A stretch of DNA of 63,636 nucleotides, filler included, from Thraustochytrium aureum (Eukaryota), in assembly GCA_012862495.1 (NCBI GenBank). It is 6 parts of 4 records of this genome, joined end to end, with 100 filler letters (N's around TTAATTAATTAA, not from the genome) between each part and the next. Parts side by side here need not be neighbours in the genome. Positions count along the whole stretch, not along the records: positions 1 to 27,720 come from BLSG01000138.1; 5 more parts are not named here. The stretch is one strand, 5' to 3'. The notes below the pieces were generated by a model. That model searched no databases and was not told the origin of the DNA. It worked only from the letters and a program-made list of their open reading frames with translations. The position numbers and the translations under genes are program-made. Positions 1 through 12,983 of this stretch are shown one piece after another (position 1 is the stretch's first letter; each line of letters begins with the position of its first letter).

Positions 1-2
1 AC

Positions 3-1058
3 GGATCGCCCAAGCCGAGGAATGGCGCATCGCGGCTCAAACAAGGCCTCGACACCGCTGGCAAGCACAACCGGGCCGCGCGGTCTCCGCGCAACGCACC
101 ACACAGCCCAGCAAGCCCTCGCAGTCCAAGCAGCCCAGCGTGCCCTGCCAGCCCCGCAAGCCCCATGAGCGCGGCGAGCGGGAACACAAACGGTGGTGTT
201 GTTGGGCGCTCGGCCCTCCCAGCTCTGGACGGCCGCGGTGGCGCAAGAATGCGTAAAAACCGGACAAATGCCCGCAACCAAGATCACCTCGACGACGAGG
301 ACCGCGGCCAAGGCAATCTCGTCAACGTCCGAGCGACGACGGTGCACTCGACACTTGAGATCTCCCACAGCCCTCTGATCGACCACGTTTTGCGCCGCAA
401 CCTTCAAGCGTCGCAGACCGCGGAGAAGCACGTCTTCCGCATGACGCAGTCCAATCGAGTCTATCGGCCCCTGCCTCCCGACTTTCTTTACGCCGAGGCC
501 GAGAGCCGCTCCGCGCCAACACATCGAAACGGCAAATCCGGCGCGAGCCCGCCACACCAACGAGCGGTGCTCGGCGCCGGGCCACAAACGAGAAATCGGA
601 ACGGAGCAAGCCGCTCAAATCGCCCTGCCATTGGCGACGGCCCCGACGGCGGCGGAACAAAATCGGGGCCGACCTCCAGTAGCCACGAGACGCAGCTCGT
701 GCTGGCCAAGGGCCGCGCCGGCGAGGGCGAGGGTCGCCTTGTCCCGTTTGGGAGGGGCGCCGACGCAGACGAATACGACGACCACGACGGGGTCGAGGTG
801 AGCGAGGACGACCTCTTAGACAGGTTCTCAAAGGAGACGTACCAGGACGTCGTTTGCCAGACAGAGGAGCGCCGCCAAGACCTCATGCAAACGTTCCTTG
901 AGCAACGAGCCGAGCTGACCCGCGAGCTCAAGCACTTTCAACGTGTGACGCGCCGGCAGGTCCAGGAGCTTGAAACCAGCAAACGGACAGCAATGCGCAG
1001 CGGCGTGCATGAGCTCAGCAACTATTTGGTCTCCTTGTGGAAAGTGGAGGATGAGTGA
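3..1058 (+). CDS. Uncharacterised low-complexity protein with C-terminal coiled coil (5' truncated)
   Basis: The frame of ORF 165..1058 is open back to position 3 (S/P-rich). The C-terminus has heptad-like sequence (EERRQDLMQTFLEQRAELTRELKHFQ...). Stop TGA at 1056-1058. Confidence 0.55.
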   Translation, partial: GSPKPRNGASRLKQGLDTAGKHNRAARSPRNAPHSPASPRSPSSPACPASPASPMSAASGNTNGGVVGRSALPALDGRGGARMRKNRTNARNQDHLDDEDRGQGNLVNVRATTVHSTLEISHSPLIDHVLRRNLQASQTAEKHVFRMTQSNRVYRPLPPDFLYAEAESRSAPTHRNGKSGASPPHQRAVLGAGPQTRNRNGASRSNRPAIGDGPDGGGTKSGPTSSSHETQLVLAKGRAGEGEGRLVPFGRGADADEYDDHDGVEVSEDDLLDRFSKETYQDVVCQTEERRQDLMQTFLEQRAELTRELKHFQRVTRRQVQELETSKRTAMRSGVHELSNYLVSLWKVEDE

Positions 1059-1409
1059 GTGATGCGCGCTGCAGCTCGCCGTTTGGCTAGCGAGTGTGCT
1101 TTGCCGCATGCGATTCGATTGCAATCAGGTGGCAAGAAAGCAAGAAGAAGAAACAATTTGTTATTCTTTTGACAACAAGCGGCGTTGTCCCGACGTACTA
1201 TTGCACACCGCGGGCGAGCTCTTCGAGAGCTCGCGCCTCGGCCTCCATCGCGCGCTCAAGGCAATCGCGGTCCTTGCGCCAGCTTGCCGTACTACACCCC
1301 GCGCACGCCACACAACGCCTATGCTGAGCTGCGTCGTTGCGGCCCTTCGAAAACTCGTCACATCCTCTACAGCGCGCAAATGCAGCGCGTGGGGCGATCC
1401 GTCGACAGC

Positions 1410-4106
1410 CTACTTGTCCCGCCTGCCCCAGCCCATGAGCGAGCTGAAAAGGCTCCTTTTGCGCTTCATTTTGCTGAATGCGACATCTTCCGCGCCACTA
1501 CTGTCCCCCTCCTCACCGCCAATCGCAAGCTCCCCGCCAGTCCGCGAGCCAGTCTCGTACACGCTCTCGTTCCCGCTTGCGGACGAAACCGACTCGCCGT
1601 CGCCTGCGCGCCTGGACCCTTGCGGCAACCTATCCGACGTCCCAGAATGCCGCGAGGCCGCGCCGCCAGCCCCGGCGCCACCTTCCCCGTCCCGGACGTC
1701 AACCTGGCGCGCCGACATGACGTACGCCAGCGTCGGCAGCAAGCCCGAAAACTCGCTCGGGATGTCGGAAGTGTCCTCGCCGTCCTCATCGTCGTCCCCT
1801 TCTTCACGCCTTTCACTGTCGAGTTCGGCACCGGACGAAACGATGCTGGAGCCAGCCGGCGATGCCGCAGCCAAGGCTTTTCCGTCAGCAGCAGCCCTTG
1901 CAACTGTGCTGTGTCGGTCTTCGGCCTCGAGGTCTTGTGCGGCAGGGGTGATGCTGCCCTCTGTCGCCGCCTCATCCTGCTCGTCGCGGAACGTGCCCGA
2001 CATCGGCGAGTCCGGACACGAGTCATACGTCCTGCTGGTCCCAGCCTCGCTCGCTGCCCTGGCACCTCCTGCGCTGGACTCGTCCTCGTCCAGCTTGAGG
2101 CGCGCCCTTAGGTAATCTGCTAACGAGGTGTTCTGCAGACGCTTGGCCATCAACGGCGAGTTTGTGCTCGCGCGCCGCTGCCCCCCCCCGAGGTCGAAAC
2201 TCCTCGATGCGTTTCCTTGAGACTGCGGCGAGTGCCCGATGCTCATCGACGTTGGCCGTGCTTGCCGTTGCAGGAGCGACGGGTCTACGCGGATGCCTAG
2301 GCGGGACAAAGCTTCGCGCGGGCTTGCCTGCATGTTCGGCCGGAGCTGGTATTTGAACGAGGTTGACGGGCGCCGCGCTGCCTTTCGCCCTACCTGCAGT
2401 GTGAGCTCTGACGCATGCCCACGCAGCGCGAGCCTCACAAGAGACTCGCCAGAGTCCTCCCGAACCCACTCCGCGCGGCTGGCGTCGCCTCTACCGCGGT
2501 CTTGCGCACCGTTGCGGCGGACGCTCCCGCGCCTTTCGCCGGACTCGAGGCTGACAGGGGATGACGCAGTGCGGGTCAGCCTGTACTCTTCCCGATCCTC
2601 CTCTTCGTCGTCCAGCTCGCCAGNNNNNNNNNNNNNNNNNNNNNNNNNNNNNNNNNNNNNNNNNNNNNNNNNNNNNNNNNNNNNNNNNNNNNNNNNNNNN
2701 NNNNNNNNNNNNNNNNNNNNNNNNNNNNNNNNNNNNNNNNNNNNNNNNNNNNNNNNNNNNNNNNNNNNNNNNNNNNNNNNNNNNNNNNNNNNNNNNNNNN
2801 NNNNNNNNNNNNNNNNNNNNNNNNNNNNNNNNNNNNNNNNNNNNNNNNNNNNNNNNNNNNNNNNNNNNNNNNNNNNNNNNNNNNNNNNNNNNNNNNNNNN
2901 NNNNNNNNNNNNNNNNNNNNNNNNNNNNNNNNNNNNNNNNNNNNNNNNNNNNNNNNNNNNNNNNNNNNNNNNNNNNNNNNNNNNNNNNNNNNNNNNNNNN
3001 NNNNNNNNNNNNNNNNNNNNNNNNNACTTGCGCCAGCTGCTGGCGAGCTGCTCTGGGGGCTTGATTTTGGCGAGGGCCCAGGAGCCTTGACCGCGTCGTC
3101 CACCTCGTCCCTGTCTCCGTCCCCTTCGGCGCCACCGTCCGCGCTGCATTGCACCACTTTTCTTGCTTTTGGCATCGGCTTGGGCTCCGGGCGCCTCTGC
3201 ACAGGCTTGCCTTGCCGAAAGTCCTCCCACTCCCCCTGCTGCCCCAGGTTGTCCAGAACGATGGGCAGGTGCTGGGCCCGAAGCTGCGATATCTTGGACG
3301 ACGGGAAAGACATGAACGAGATCGGGTCGTAGGCCAGCTTGAGCACTCGATCCCCTGTGAGCAGCGATTTCTTGTCAAAGTTGTCCCCGAGCGACATGCA
3401 GTCGTAAACGTCTTGGAACGAGCCGGCGGCAAGTATATCCTTTTGCAGAATCATGAGGATCGCCAGACCGGAGCGAAACAACGCCTTGGACCCCTCGTGC
3501 AAAAAGCAGTCCCAAATTCGCAGTGTCGCTTCGAGCGGGAGCGAGTTGACGAACAGGCACAGAAACCACTGGTACGTGACAAACTCGAGAGGAAAGTGTA
3601 TCGCCTCCAGGTGGGCGTGAATCTTGGGTAGGCGCTGCTTGACGAGCGACTCGAACACCCTTTGGTCGACGTGCATGCCAGTCATTTGCTTTGTATAGTG
3701 GCCAGGCACCAGGTCTTCCACGATGGCGGCCAGTGCCCAGAACGCGAGGTCCTCCTCCATGTGCAGCAAGAGAACTGCTACCAGGAAGTTCATGCTCTGG
3801 CAGTACCCGATCGCCGTGTTGCGCAGTGAGTAGGCAAGCAGAACGCGGCGCATACGGGTGATTCCCTCCTCCTCCTCAAAGTGGTAGTTGGTCGGGAATG
3901 TTCGGTGGAGGTCCCGCTCGATGATCTCAGCCATCTCTGGTGGGTCGTCCGCGCGAGTGGCCAGAGCCACCAAGTAGTGGTACTGGTCAGAAGGCCCGGC
4001 GATTTGCTGCTTGCGCAGGGCGCCCGAGCACTGCAGCCAGACGTCACGCCGCAGGCGCGGAGGCACGCCAACGTGCCGGATCATGTAGGTCAGCTGCTTG
4101 GTCAAG
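1410..4106 (-). CDS. TBC-domain Rab GTPase-activating protein with long disordered C-terminal tail (gapped, 5' incomplete)
   Basis: TBC motifs RRDVW, IERDLHRTFP (R-finger), GYCQSMN (Q-finger), QWFLCLF and RIWDCF lie in 2576..4105. After the N-gap the acidic tail continues in the frame of ORF 1410..3230. A probable splice acceptor ACAG lies at 4110-4107. Confidence 0.9.
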
Positions 4107-5660
4107 CTGTTTGTGACCGGAGGCTTGAGGGCTGCTCACTGTTGCGCAGGGTGGCCAAGCCGTCGACGCCCCTGCCGCAGGACTCGGTAAGGGGAGACTC
4201 GGCCGNNNNNNNNNNNNNNNNNNNNNNNNNNNNNNNNNNNNNNNNNNNNNNNNNNNNNNNNNNNNNNNNNNNNNNNNNNNNNNNNNNNNNNNNNNNNNNN
4301 NNNNNNNNNNNNNNNNNNNNNNNNNNNNNNNNNNNNNNNNNNNNNNNNNNNNNNNNNNNNNNNNNNNNNNNNNNNNNNNNNNNNNNNNNNNNNNNNNNNN
4401 NNNNNNNNNNNNNNNNNNNNNNNNNNNNNNNNNNNNNNNNNNNNNNNNNNNNNNNNNNNNNNNNNNNNNNNNNNNNNNNNNNNNNNNNNNNNNNNNNNNN
4501 NNNNNNNNNNNNNNNNNNNNNNNNNNNNNNNNNNNNNNNNNNNNNNNNNNNNNNNNNNNNNNNNNNNNNNNNNNNNNNNNNNNNNNNNNNNNNNNNNNNN
4601 NNNNNNNNNNNNNNNNNNNNNNNNNNNNNNNNNNNNNNNNNNNNNNNNNNNNNNNNNNNNNNNNNNNNNNNNNNNNNNNNNNNNNNNNNNNNNNNNNNNN
4701 NNNNNNNNNNNNNNNNNNNNNNNNNNNNNNNNNNNNNNNNNNNNNNNNNNNNNNNNNNNNNNNNNNNNNNNNNNNNNNNNNNNNNNNNNNNNNNNNNNNN
4801 NNNNNNNNNNNNNNNNNNNNNNNNNNNNNNNNNNNNNNNNNNNNNNNNNNNNNNNNNNNNNNNNNNNNNNNNNNNNNNNNNNNNNNNNNNNNNNNNNNNN
4901 NNNNNNNNNNNNNNNNNNNNNNNNNNNNNNNNNNNNNNNNNNNNNNNNNNNNNNNNNNNNNNNNNNNNNNNNNNNNNNNNNNNNNNNNNNNNNNNNNNNN
5001 NNNNNNNNNNNNNNNNNNNNNNNNNNNNNNNNNNNNNNNNNNNNNNNNNNNNNNNNNNNNNNNNNNNNNNNNNNNNNNNNNNNNNNNNNNNNNNNNNNNN
5101 NNNNNNNNNNNNNNNNNNNNNNNNNNNNNNNNNNNNNNNNNNNNNCGCTCTCTCCTTACCCTTGAAAATATCCCCTTTTTATCGCTGCGTTTCGCTCAAG
5201 ACACGCGGACCACTCTAGCCTTATCCAGAGGCACACCGCCGCCCCTTTCCTCGCGTGAACTCGCGTATTGTGCGAGAGGAGCCTGCCCAGATCGGGCGGC
5301 GAGCAGTCAAGAGCGCCGTATCGCCGATCGGAGTATCTTGGAGCGGATCTAATCGTGCGATTGTGCCGCGAGGGGCGTGGGACTGCTCGCGTCCCGAGCC
5401 GCATCGCTCACTCACCCACAGGCTCCTCCTTCTGCTCAGTGTATTGCATCGCGCCGGCCCAGTAGCGGGCAGACACCGTAAAGGGGGATTTGGCGCTGCT
5501 GCAGAGAGGAGGGGCAGGCTGTCGTGTTGGCGTGGAGTAGGTGGGCAGGCCGCTTGGGGCTGCCGCGCGCTGCGCGTGGGACTGGCTCGGCTGGCCTGCT
5601 GCTTCGTGGGGTTTGCTGGCTCGTCTTGTTGGCTTGGCTGGCGTGGCCGGGTCTGGCTTG

Positions 5661-6697
5661 ATGGACCTGCTGGCGGTGTTGTGGACGCTGGACGCGTTTC
5701 CAGCGTTTCTCGAGCGCGACGAGTGCAGCGCGCTGCGGGTCGTGCTTGGCGCGGGCAAGGCTGCGGTGGCGAGACGCGGAGGCCCGAGCGACTGGCGCGA
5801 GCTGGCGGGCGCGACCGCGAGCGAGATCCGGAAGGCAGGGCTCAAACGGGTCTCGAGGCGCAAGGCAGACTGCTTGGCTTGCGCCGTGTGGACAGTGGCG
5901 CAGGGCGTTCGCCCCGCGGTGCTGGCTGACGACCTCTTTCCCGTACGTTGCGTGCCTTGCAAGTTGGCTGAGTTCAATGGTGCTGTGGCCCGACCGCGCC
6001 TTGCTGACTGCTCCCAGGACCACAGCCCCTGCCAGCTCGAGCGCTGCTCTCTGTGGCCCGTGCAATAGTCCGGAGCGCCTGGGGCGGCGCGGGGCTAGAG
6101 CGACGCATTGTCGTCCTGGCCATTAACGGGGAGGAGGCGGTGTTCTTGGCCGACCGGGACCAACTCCGCGCAAGGCTCTCCAGCCGTCGCGAGGCCCTCG
6201 GCGCAACTTTGGTAGACGTCAGCACCCAGACGTGCCCAGGACCTCCAGTCCCTTTTAGCGGCAGCGCAAAGCTCGCAATGTACTTGACCAGCGTCACGTC
6301 ATCCCTCGAGGCAGCGCGGGCTACTGGGGAGGGCCTTGCCCACGTTGAACTCCACCTCGGGGGCGCGACCTGCGCTCTTGTCCCAGTTGTCGGGTGGATT
6401 ATCGGCTACCCTTTCCCCTACTCCTTTGGAGCTACCCTGGATCAATGCTCGCAGGGCAACAGGCTCTCCGGCACACCTTTGATGCACGCTTCGGTGGTCG
6501 TTGTCGGACAGCCAGAGGGCATCCAGCTCGTCTCCTTCAGCGTGCCAGCTGCGCTATTCAACTCGAAAGCGTACATGCGCGTCTTTTCGCGCCGCGCTCT
6601 CGCTGCTGTCGCAGCCAAGTGGTGCGCTGCATCAGGCAACCCGAGTTCTGTTCGCACAACCTTTGAGCCAGTCCTGATTCCTCACGTCGCGCTCTGA
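5661..6697 (+). CDS. DUF4504 / C1orf74 (UPF0739)-like protein, split across two frames
   Basis: AVWTVAQGVRPAVLAD in the first frame. VGWIIGYPFPYSF, NRLSGTPL, LVSFSVP and terminal VLIPHVAL* in the second frame match my recollection of the family pattern. A candidate intron GTACGT(5943)..CTGAC..CAG(6017) exists; a frame change is needed near 5945-6050. Confidence 0.65.
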
Positions 6698-7225
6698 AGT
6701 GTGAGCCCTCAAGCGTAGCGCCTCGCCCCAGAGGCGAGCGCTGCCGCTCTTCTGGCCCCAAGCAGCGCCGCCAAGCGCCGCGCCGCCAGCAAGGGGATCA
6801 TCATTGGCACCTGCATCTCGATTGATCTCAAGATTGAGAAACTCGAAGAAAAAAACTGGATGCAAACTGCAAGGCGCGAGCAACCCACAGCAGAACGCGA
6901 ACGCGAACGAGAACGCGCGAGGCGCGGGACGGGAAACGGCAACGCGGCGTCGGCTGGGCGAAGCGGCCTGCGCGCGGCTAGCGCGCATCCGTTGGCCAAG
7001 TGTGGGCGCAGCGAGGGAAAAGTTCCTGTGCAGGCGGAATTGTGCGGAGTGGAACGGCCGCATTGACACCCCCATCGACCCTCCTCCCCACGACCCCTCC
7101 CCCTCTCCAACGCACAGCAGACCTTGCGAAACCTGCACGCGCGAGCTCGGACGCGCGCCTCACCTGCCGCAAGAGCCTCTGGTGGACTGCGGGGCGAAGG
7201 CGTCTGGCTGGTTGTGGCAACGACG

Positions 7226-10200
7226 ATGATGATGGCGGAAGACTCCGAAAACAGGCCCGCCCTGGCCAACCTCAAGGCCGATCAAGGGTCGGCAGGCGCC
7301 CAAGCTGCGCCACTCGAGCCGTGCGGCGGGCGCGGGCCTGATGCTGGCAAAGGCCGCGTCAAGGTTTGCGTCCGCATCCGGCCGCCCAGTGAACGTGATG
7401 AGCCGAGCTCGAGGCACTGGGAGGTTGACGATGAGTGCGACAGTACGCTGTGCGAGAACGGCGCTTCAGAGAAGACCTGGCGCTTCGACCGCGTGTTTGG
7501 CGAGATGGCGCCGACCGCGCAGGTGTACGCAGAGACCATCGCGGATATGGTGGATCCAGGTAAGTTGGATCGATCGGTGCTCGGGAAGGGCTGCCGGAGC
7601 CCCATCACTGACGCTGCCGCGCGCTTTTGCTCGCCTCGCTGCGCCTCGACCGCAGTTTTGCAAGGCATCCACGGCACCGCCCTCGTCTACGGCCAGACCA
7701 GCAGCGGGAAGACGCACACCATGTTTGGGGACGGCTCTCGCGCGAATGAGCCCGGGGCAGTCCAACTCGCGCTCGAGGACCTCNNNNNNNNNNNNNNNNN
7801 NNNNNNNNNNNNNNNNNNNNNNNNNNNNNNNNNNNNNNNNNNNNNNNNNNNNNCAGACCGCGTCTCCGATAAGTCACGTGCTCAGTCGTCGGGCAGTGCG
7901 TCTTTCGGAAGCGGGTTCCGAACGCCGACCAAATCGTCCTCGCGGAGCCCTGCGCCGCGCGCCCGCCTTGTCTCCATCCGGGATGACCATAAAGGCGGCG
8001 TGATGCTCTCGAGTGTACGACGCCGGACGACAACGTTGCCGGAGGCGCTTCAGATCCTGAAGGAAGGCGAGGCCCGCCGCCATGTCAGCGCGACCAACAT
8101 GAACGAGCGAAGCAGCCGCTCCCACACAATTTTGACTGTCCATGTGGCTAGCACGTCCAAGTGCGCGGCGTCGTCCAAAACGCGGCTCGAGGCGCAGCTG
8201 AACCTCGTCGATCTTGCGGGCAGTGAGAGCATGCGCACGAGCCAGGCCTCTGGTAGCCAAATCCACGAGGCCAAAAGCATCAACCAGAGCCTCTTGGCGC
8301 TTGCCATGGTGATTTCGCGACTAGCTCAGTCGGGCGGCGCTGGGCCTGGGGCCCACGTCGGCTTTCGGAACAGCAAACTCACACGGATCCTCAAGCCCGC
8401 GCTCTGTGGCGAGTCCTTGGTCTCAATCGTCTGCTGCATCCACCCAAGCAGGCAGTGCGTCGAAGAGACGCGGAGCACGCTCCAGTTCGCTCGCACCGCG
8501 CGGAAGATCCAGGTCCACGCCAAGGTGAACGAGTCGGTCCCCGCAGAGGTCATGGTCGCCCGCCTGCGGAAGGAGCTCCATCGGTTGCGACGCGCCTCCT
8601 CTGTTCACGAGCTTGTGCCAGATCGAGACCAGGGAAATCGCGCAAAGACCAGCGGCGGAACTCGCTCAAGCCCAGCACAGGGCGCCCAGGCCGCCGGCCT
8701 GGAACCGTGGGCCGGCGCTGAGGTGGAGGAGCTTCAAGCCAATGCAATCAAGCAGGCCAAAAAGATTGAGCAGCTCAGGAATATTGTGCTCGTCAAGACA
8801 GACTTGGGGCCGGACGTATCGCGCGCCCGCCCGTCGGCCGTCCGCACGCCACCGCCCACTCGATCTGAGCGCATGCCATTCTCGTCTGGTCCCACCGACT
8901 TGGCGAGTCTGGAAATTGGACCCGGCTTCGCAATGACGCCCCCAGTGCCCGGGTCGCGACGCCGCCTTGCGGAGGCGCGGCACGTGCCAGCACAGCAAGC
9001 GGGAGAGGCGCAGGCGGAGGTTGTCNNNNNNNNNNNNNNNNNNNNNNNNNNNNNNNNNNNNNNNNNNNNNNNNNNNNNNNNNNNNNNNNNNNNNNNNNNN
9101 NNNNNNNNNNNNNNNNNNNNNNNNNNNNNNNNNNNNNNNNNNNNNNNNNNNNNNNNNNNNNNNNNNNNNNNNNNNNNNNNNNNNNNNNNNNNNNNNNNNN
9201 NNNNNNNNNNNNNNNNNNNNNNNNNNNNNNNNNNNNNNNNNNNNNNNNNNNNNNNNNNNNNNNNNNNNNNNNNNNNNNNNNNNNNNNNNNNNNNNNNNNN
9301 NNNNNNNNNNNNNNNNNNNNNNNNNNNNNNNNNNNNNNNNNNNNNNNNNNNNNNNNNNNNNNNNNNNNNNNNNNNNNNNNNNNNNNNNNNNNNNNNNNNN
9401 NNNNNNNNNNNNNNNNNNNNNNNNNNNNNNNNNNNNNNNNNNNNNNNNNNNNNNNNNNNNNNNNNNNNTCGAGTCAGACCGCCTGGCCCACGAGTGCCCT
9501 GCGCCGCGAAGGGGTGCACGCACGCCGGGCGGCTCTCCTGCTTGGCGCCAAGACCATCATCTTGACTGCACAAGCGTCGGGACGGGCTCAGACACGCCAT
9601 GGGAGCTGCGCGACGTTGCTACAAGCCCGAAGCGCCTCGAGGTGGCTTGCGCTTCAGCACAGGCCACGCTCACAGATTGGCGCCAGCTGTACGCCGTCGC
9701 GGCCTTTCACGCTGCGTCAGTTGGAGCGTTGCAGGCTTGGCCGTCTCCAATCGAAGTTGACAGCGAAGCTGAGAACGCGGTCTCGACCCCCTCTGATGAG
9801 GACGACGGCGGCAGCGGCGGCAACGGCGGCGCCGACGACGACGACGACTTCGCCTCGTTCGACGAGTTTTGCGAGGCGCGCAGCGCAGCTTCATTTGAGA
9901 CAGCGCAAAGCTGGGCCACAGGGCAGACTTTCTTTTCGGCCTTTGAGACATCAATGTCGCACGCGCCGCTGTCGCCCGCCTCGTTCGCGACTTGCTTCGG
10001 TTCTGTAAGCCCAGCAAGCGCAGCGTCTCCGAATTCCAATCGTAGCCACTTTGGCTTTGCCGTGGAGAGGCGCGCTGTCGTGCCGACAAGGCAGATGTCG
10101 CTGGCAGAACGCGTGGCGCTGTGCCAGAGCCGCCAAGTGCCGTTTCGTCACTCAGTTGGACGCCTTGTGATGCCTCCTGGCGAGCCGCTTGCGCGATGGT

Positions 10201-10432
10201 GCATGAAGAAACAGCTCGGTGTGATTTCCGGCGGCCATCAACAGCGCCCTGGGGCGGGGCGCCCCCACCGCTCTTGTCCAAGCTCTCGCGGAGTCGTTCA
10301 GGGTCGTCCCTCTCGGTGCGCAGCGACGTGTCCTCGGGCACGGAGATGAGCCGAGCTACGCGCTTGTCTGATGCAAGCAGCGGAGCGAGGTCCCAACAGC
10401 AAGAACAAGCCACGCCCAGAAACTCTTGCTGA
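7226..10432 (+). CDS. Kinesin motor protein (kinesin-7/CENP-E-like), gapped
   Basis: Motifs VKVCVRIRP, FDRVF, P-loop YGQTSSGKTHTM, switch I NERSSRSH, LNLVDLAGSE, INQSLLAL, FRNSKLTRIL and ETRSTLQFA. In-frame 96-nt intron 7560-7655 (GTAAGT..CGCAG). The 3' end is uncertain (10349 or 10432). Confidence 0.9.
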
Positions 10433-10685
10433 CAGACCCGTACAGCAGCGAGTGACCGTTGCTGCCGCACAGGACGCGCTACAACTTGGAATTCAACTAT
10501 GAATGTAAAGTGCGCACGAGCAGCCGCAGAACGAGCGTAAATTGAAAGTTTTCTTGTCTAAAATTGTTGCAGATCATCCGTGCCTCCCTCCAGTCGCGCA
10601 AACGGCTGTCGCAGTCCCGTGACGCCGCAGGGTCAGGGGGCCTACAGCCCCCTCGATCCCGACTTGCCTACATGCTTTGAGATCA

Positions 10686-11372
10686 TTAGGCGTCGTCATA
10701 GTGGAGGTCCGGGTCGTAGTCGCGCGTGTCGCCAAGCCGCTGGCGCTTGGCCTCCGCGAGCATGACCTCGTAAAAGCAGTCGTCTGAGCGCAATTCAACA
10801 AGACCGAGTTAGCGATCGAAAACAACACGCGGGCGAGGAGCTCAGGCGATCGACTTACACTCTCCGCTCGCAATGAGCAGCTTGACAAAGTACTTTTCGG
10901 ACGTCTTGCCTGTGGCGCGTGTCACCAGTGCGGGGTTAGCCATCGCATGCTATGCCTCGCTCCCTTATGGAGGAAAGCCTCGACGTGGCAGCAACGTACC
11001 GTCCCTGTTGACCTCCTGAAGTGCCTCGTTAAACTCGGCCAAGTCGATGCCCTCGCGCTCAAGCCACTTCTCCATAGTGCGCTCGTAGAGCTGAAGATAG
11101 TCCTTGAACAGGTCGGTGTACTCGAGCCTGTGCTCCTCCTCGTCGTTGTCAACCTGGTCGAAGAAGAGGTACGCGTTCTCCTCGATGTACTTTTCAAAGA
11201 CCCCGATAAACTCGGAGCTAAAGCAGTAGTTCGTGGCGCGCATCATCAGTGACACGTCGCCTCTGTCGCTAGCCTTGGACTCGCCTTTGCCGGCGCTCTT
11301 TTGCTCGAGCGCATCGTCAGCAAACTTGCTCTCGATGTGCTCGTCCGCAAACTTTGACTCGCCGGACGGCAT
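10686..11372 (-). CDS. BART/ARL2-binding (ARL2BP/CFAP36-like) domain protein, 3 exons
   Basis: FIGVFEKYIEENAYLF...EEHRLEYTDLFKDYLQLYE...GIDLAEF. Introns 10999-10910 and 10858-10784 (GT..AG) restore the reading ...YFVKLLIASGEYDCFYEVM...DDA*, typical of the BART C-terminus. Confidence 0.8.
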
Positions 11373-12211
11373 TTTGCTCGAATCGGCTGGTGCGCTGCGT
11401 GCTCTTTCTGGGCTCGTGCAAGCCGGTTCGGCTGAGCTTTGATAGCTCTCGCACGTTTCGTGACTGCTCCTGGTCTGAACGGCACTATGGGCTCGCGCGG
11501 CCCGCCAGCGGCGCGTGCACAGAAAAAGCACCTTTGGCGTCCATTGTGCAAGGCGAGCGCCTGCACAACTCAGCACACGTGATGGATTCGTGTTGTTTAC
11601 AAGCACGTTGGATTCCTGGACTCGAGCCGTTCGTTACGTGACGGCCCAAGCCGCAAGGGGCCTCCTCGCTTGTCCCGTGCACAACGTCCGGCGCGGAGCT
11701 GCGATTTCGCCATGCAACTACACCTCCTCATTCTTCTCTGCACAAAGATCGGAACGTTAGGCCCCTCGCGCAATACTTGCGTTCAACCACAGCTCAAGCC
11801 GCATTTATGCACAATAGGCGCATGCCGGCGCCGCGGCGTATTGCGTTCAGGCGCTGGCCTGCACATCGACGAGGCTCCGCGCCGCGTTAACGGATATGCT
11901 CCTCAGAGGCAAATTTATAAACTCAATGTACAAAGAAACCACAGATCTACAAATCATTTTTGCCCGAAATGTGAGCTTGTCGCTATTTAATTGTCTATCC
12001 CGCTGTTTTACATTGCTCTCGCACCTCGCAGTCGTGGCATCTTCGCGCAGGACGCCGCCGTCGTGCGTGCGATGCAGAGCAAGACAGCAAACGACGACAA
12101 GAGCCTCCAAGACAACTTGGGCAATTGAATTGAGCTTCACATCGCTCGGGATTGCTGCGCCGCGGCTCTGCGAGCGGGCCGCCAAGCGAAGCAGCCCAGA
12201 CGCGGCGAGTC

Positions 12212-12848
12212 ATGAGGCGCAACCCGTTCGCTATCCGCGACGAGGTCTTCGCGGATGGAACCAACGTGAGTGATAGACGCACGGCAAGATACGTTCGCGT
12301 GGAAGACGTCCCGCCAGAGTGGCTGGAGCGCGCGCGAAACCCCAAGACGGGACGCCGGATTAACGCCAACCCCGACGCCGGCGAGGTGTGGCTCGCGGAG
12401 CGCCAAAACGGGGCGCCATGGCGCGAGCGAGCTGAACGCATGCAGCAAGTCGAGGACGAGAAGGCGAAGCGGGAGATGGCCCAGAAGAAGATCTCACAGT
12501 AAGTTGCCGGCGCGTGGTTCAATTTGAGCGGGCCTTGGCCTCGAAGCGCACGCTGACACAGAGAAAACTTGTGCCCAATCTGCAAGACTCGCCAAGCAGG
12601 TCAGTGCCGGGCTCAAGAGCGTGTACAACGCCAACTTTGACGCGTCTGAGCTGATCCCACTCCTCTCTGATGCCGTCAAGGAGGCCCAGCGCGCCAAGCC
12701 TGACCCGTCCAAGACAGCGCTTCTGAAAGCGGCGCAGCGCTTTGACCTGAAAACCGTCTCGCACTTGCTCAAAGCGTACGACAAGTCAAAACCGGAGACG
12801 CCCTGCCTGAGCATCACGACGAGGCCTCCAGTGCGGCCGCGACCGTAA
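12212..12848 (+). CDS. Small uncharacterised protein, 2 exons
   Basis: ATG at 12212. An 88-nt intron 12499-12586 (GTAAGT..CTGAC..AAG) joins the frame of ORF 12152 to the frame of ORF 12621 (KKISQLAKQVS...). Confidence 0.6.
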
Positions 12849-12983
12849 ACTCTGCTCGTGAGCGTCACCGCAACGTGCACTTTGCCTTGTACTGAAAATT
12901 GTGAATTGTTTGCATTGTCTCTGTACTCGCGGCACGGGCCAAGCAGCACTGGCGCGGCGGGTGCCGCGCCTGCCCAGGCCCGC

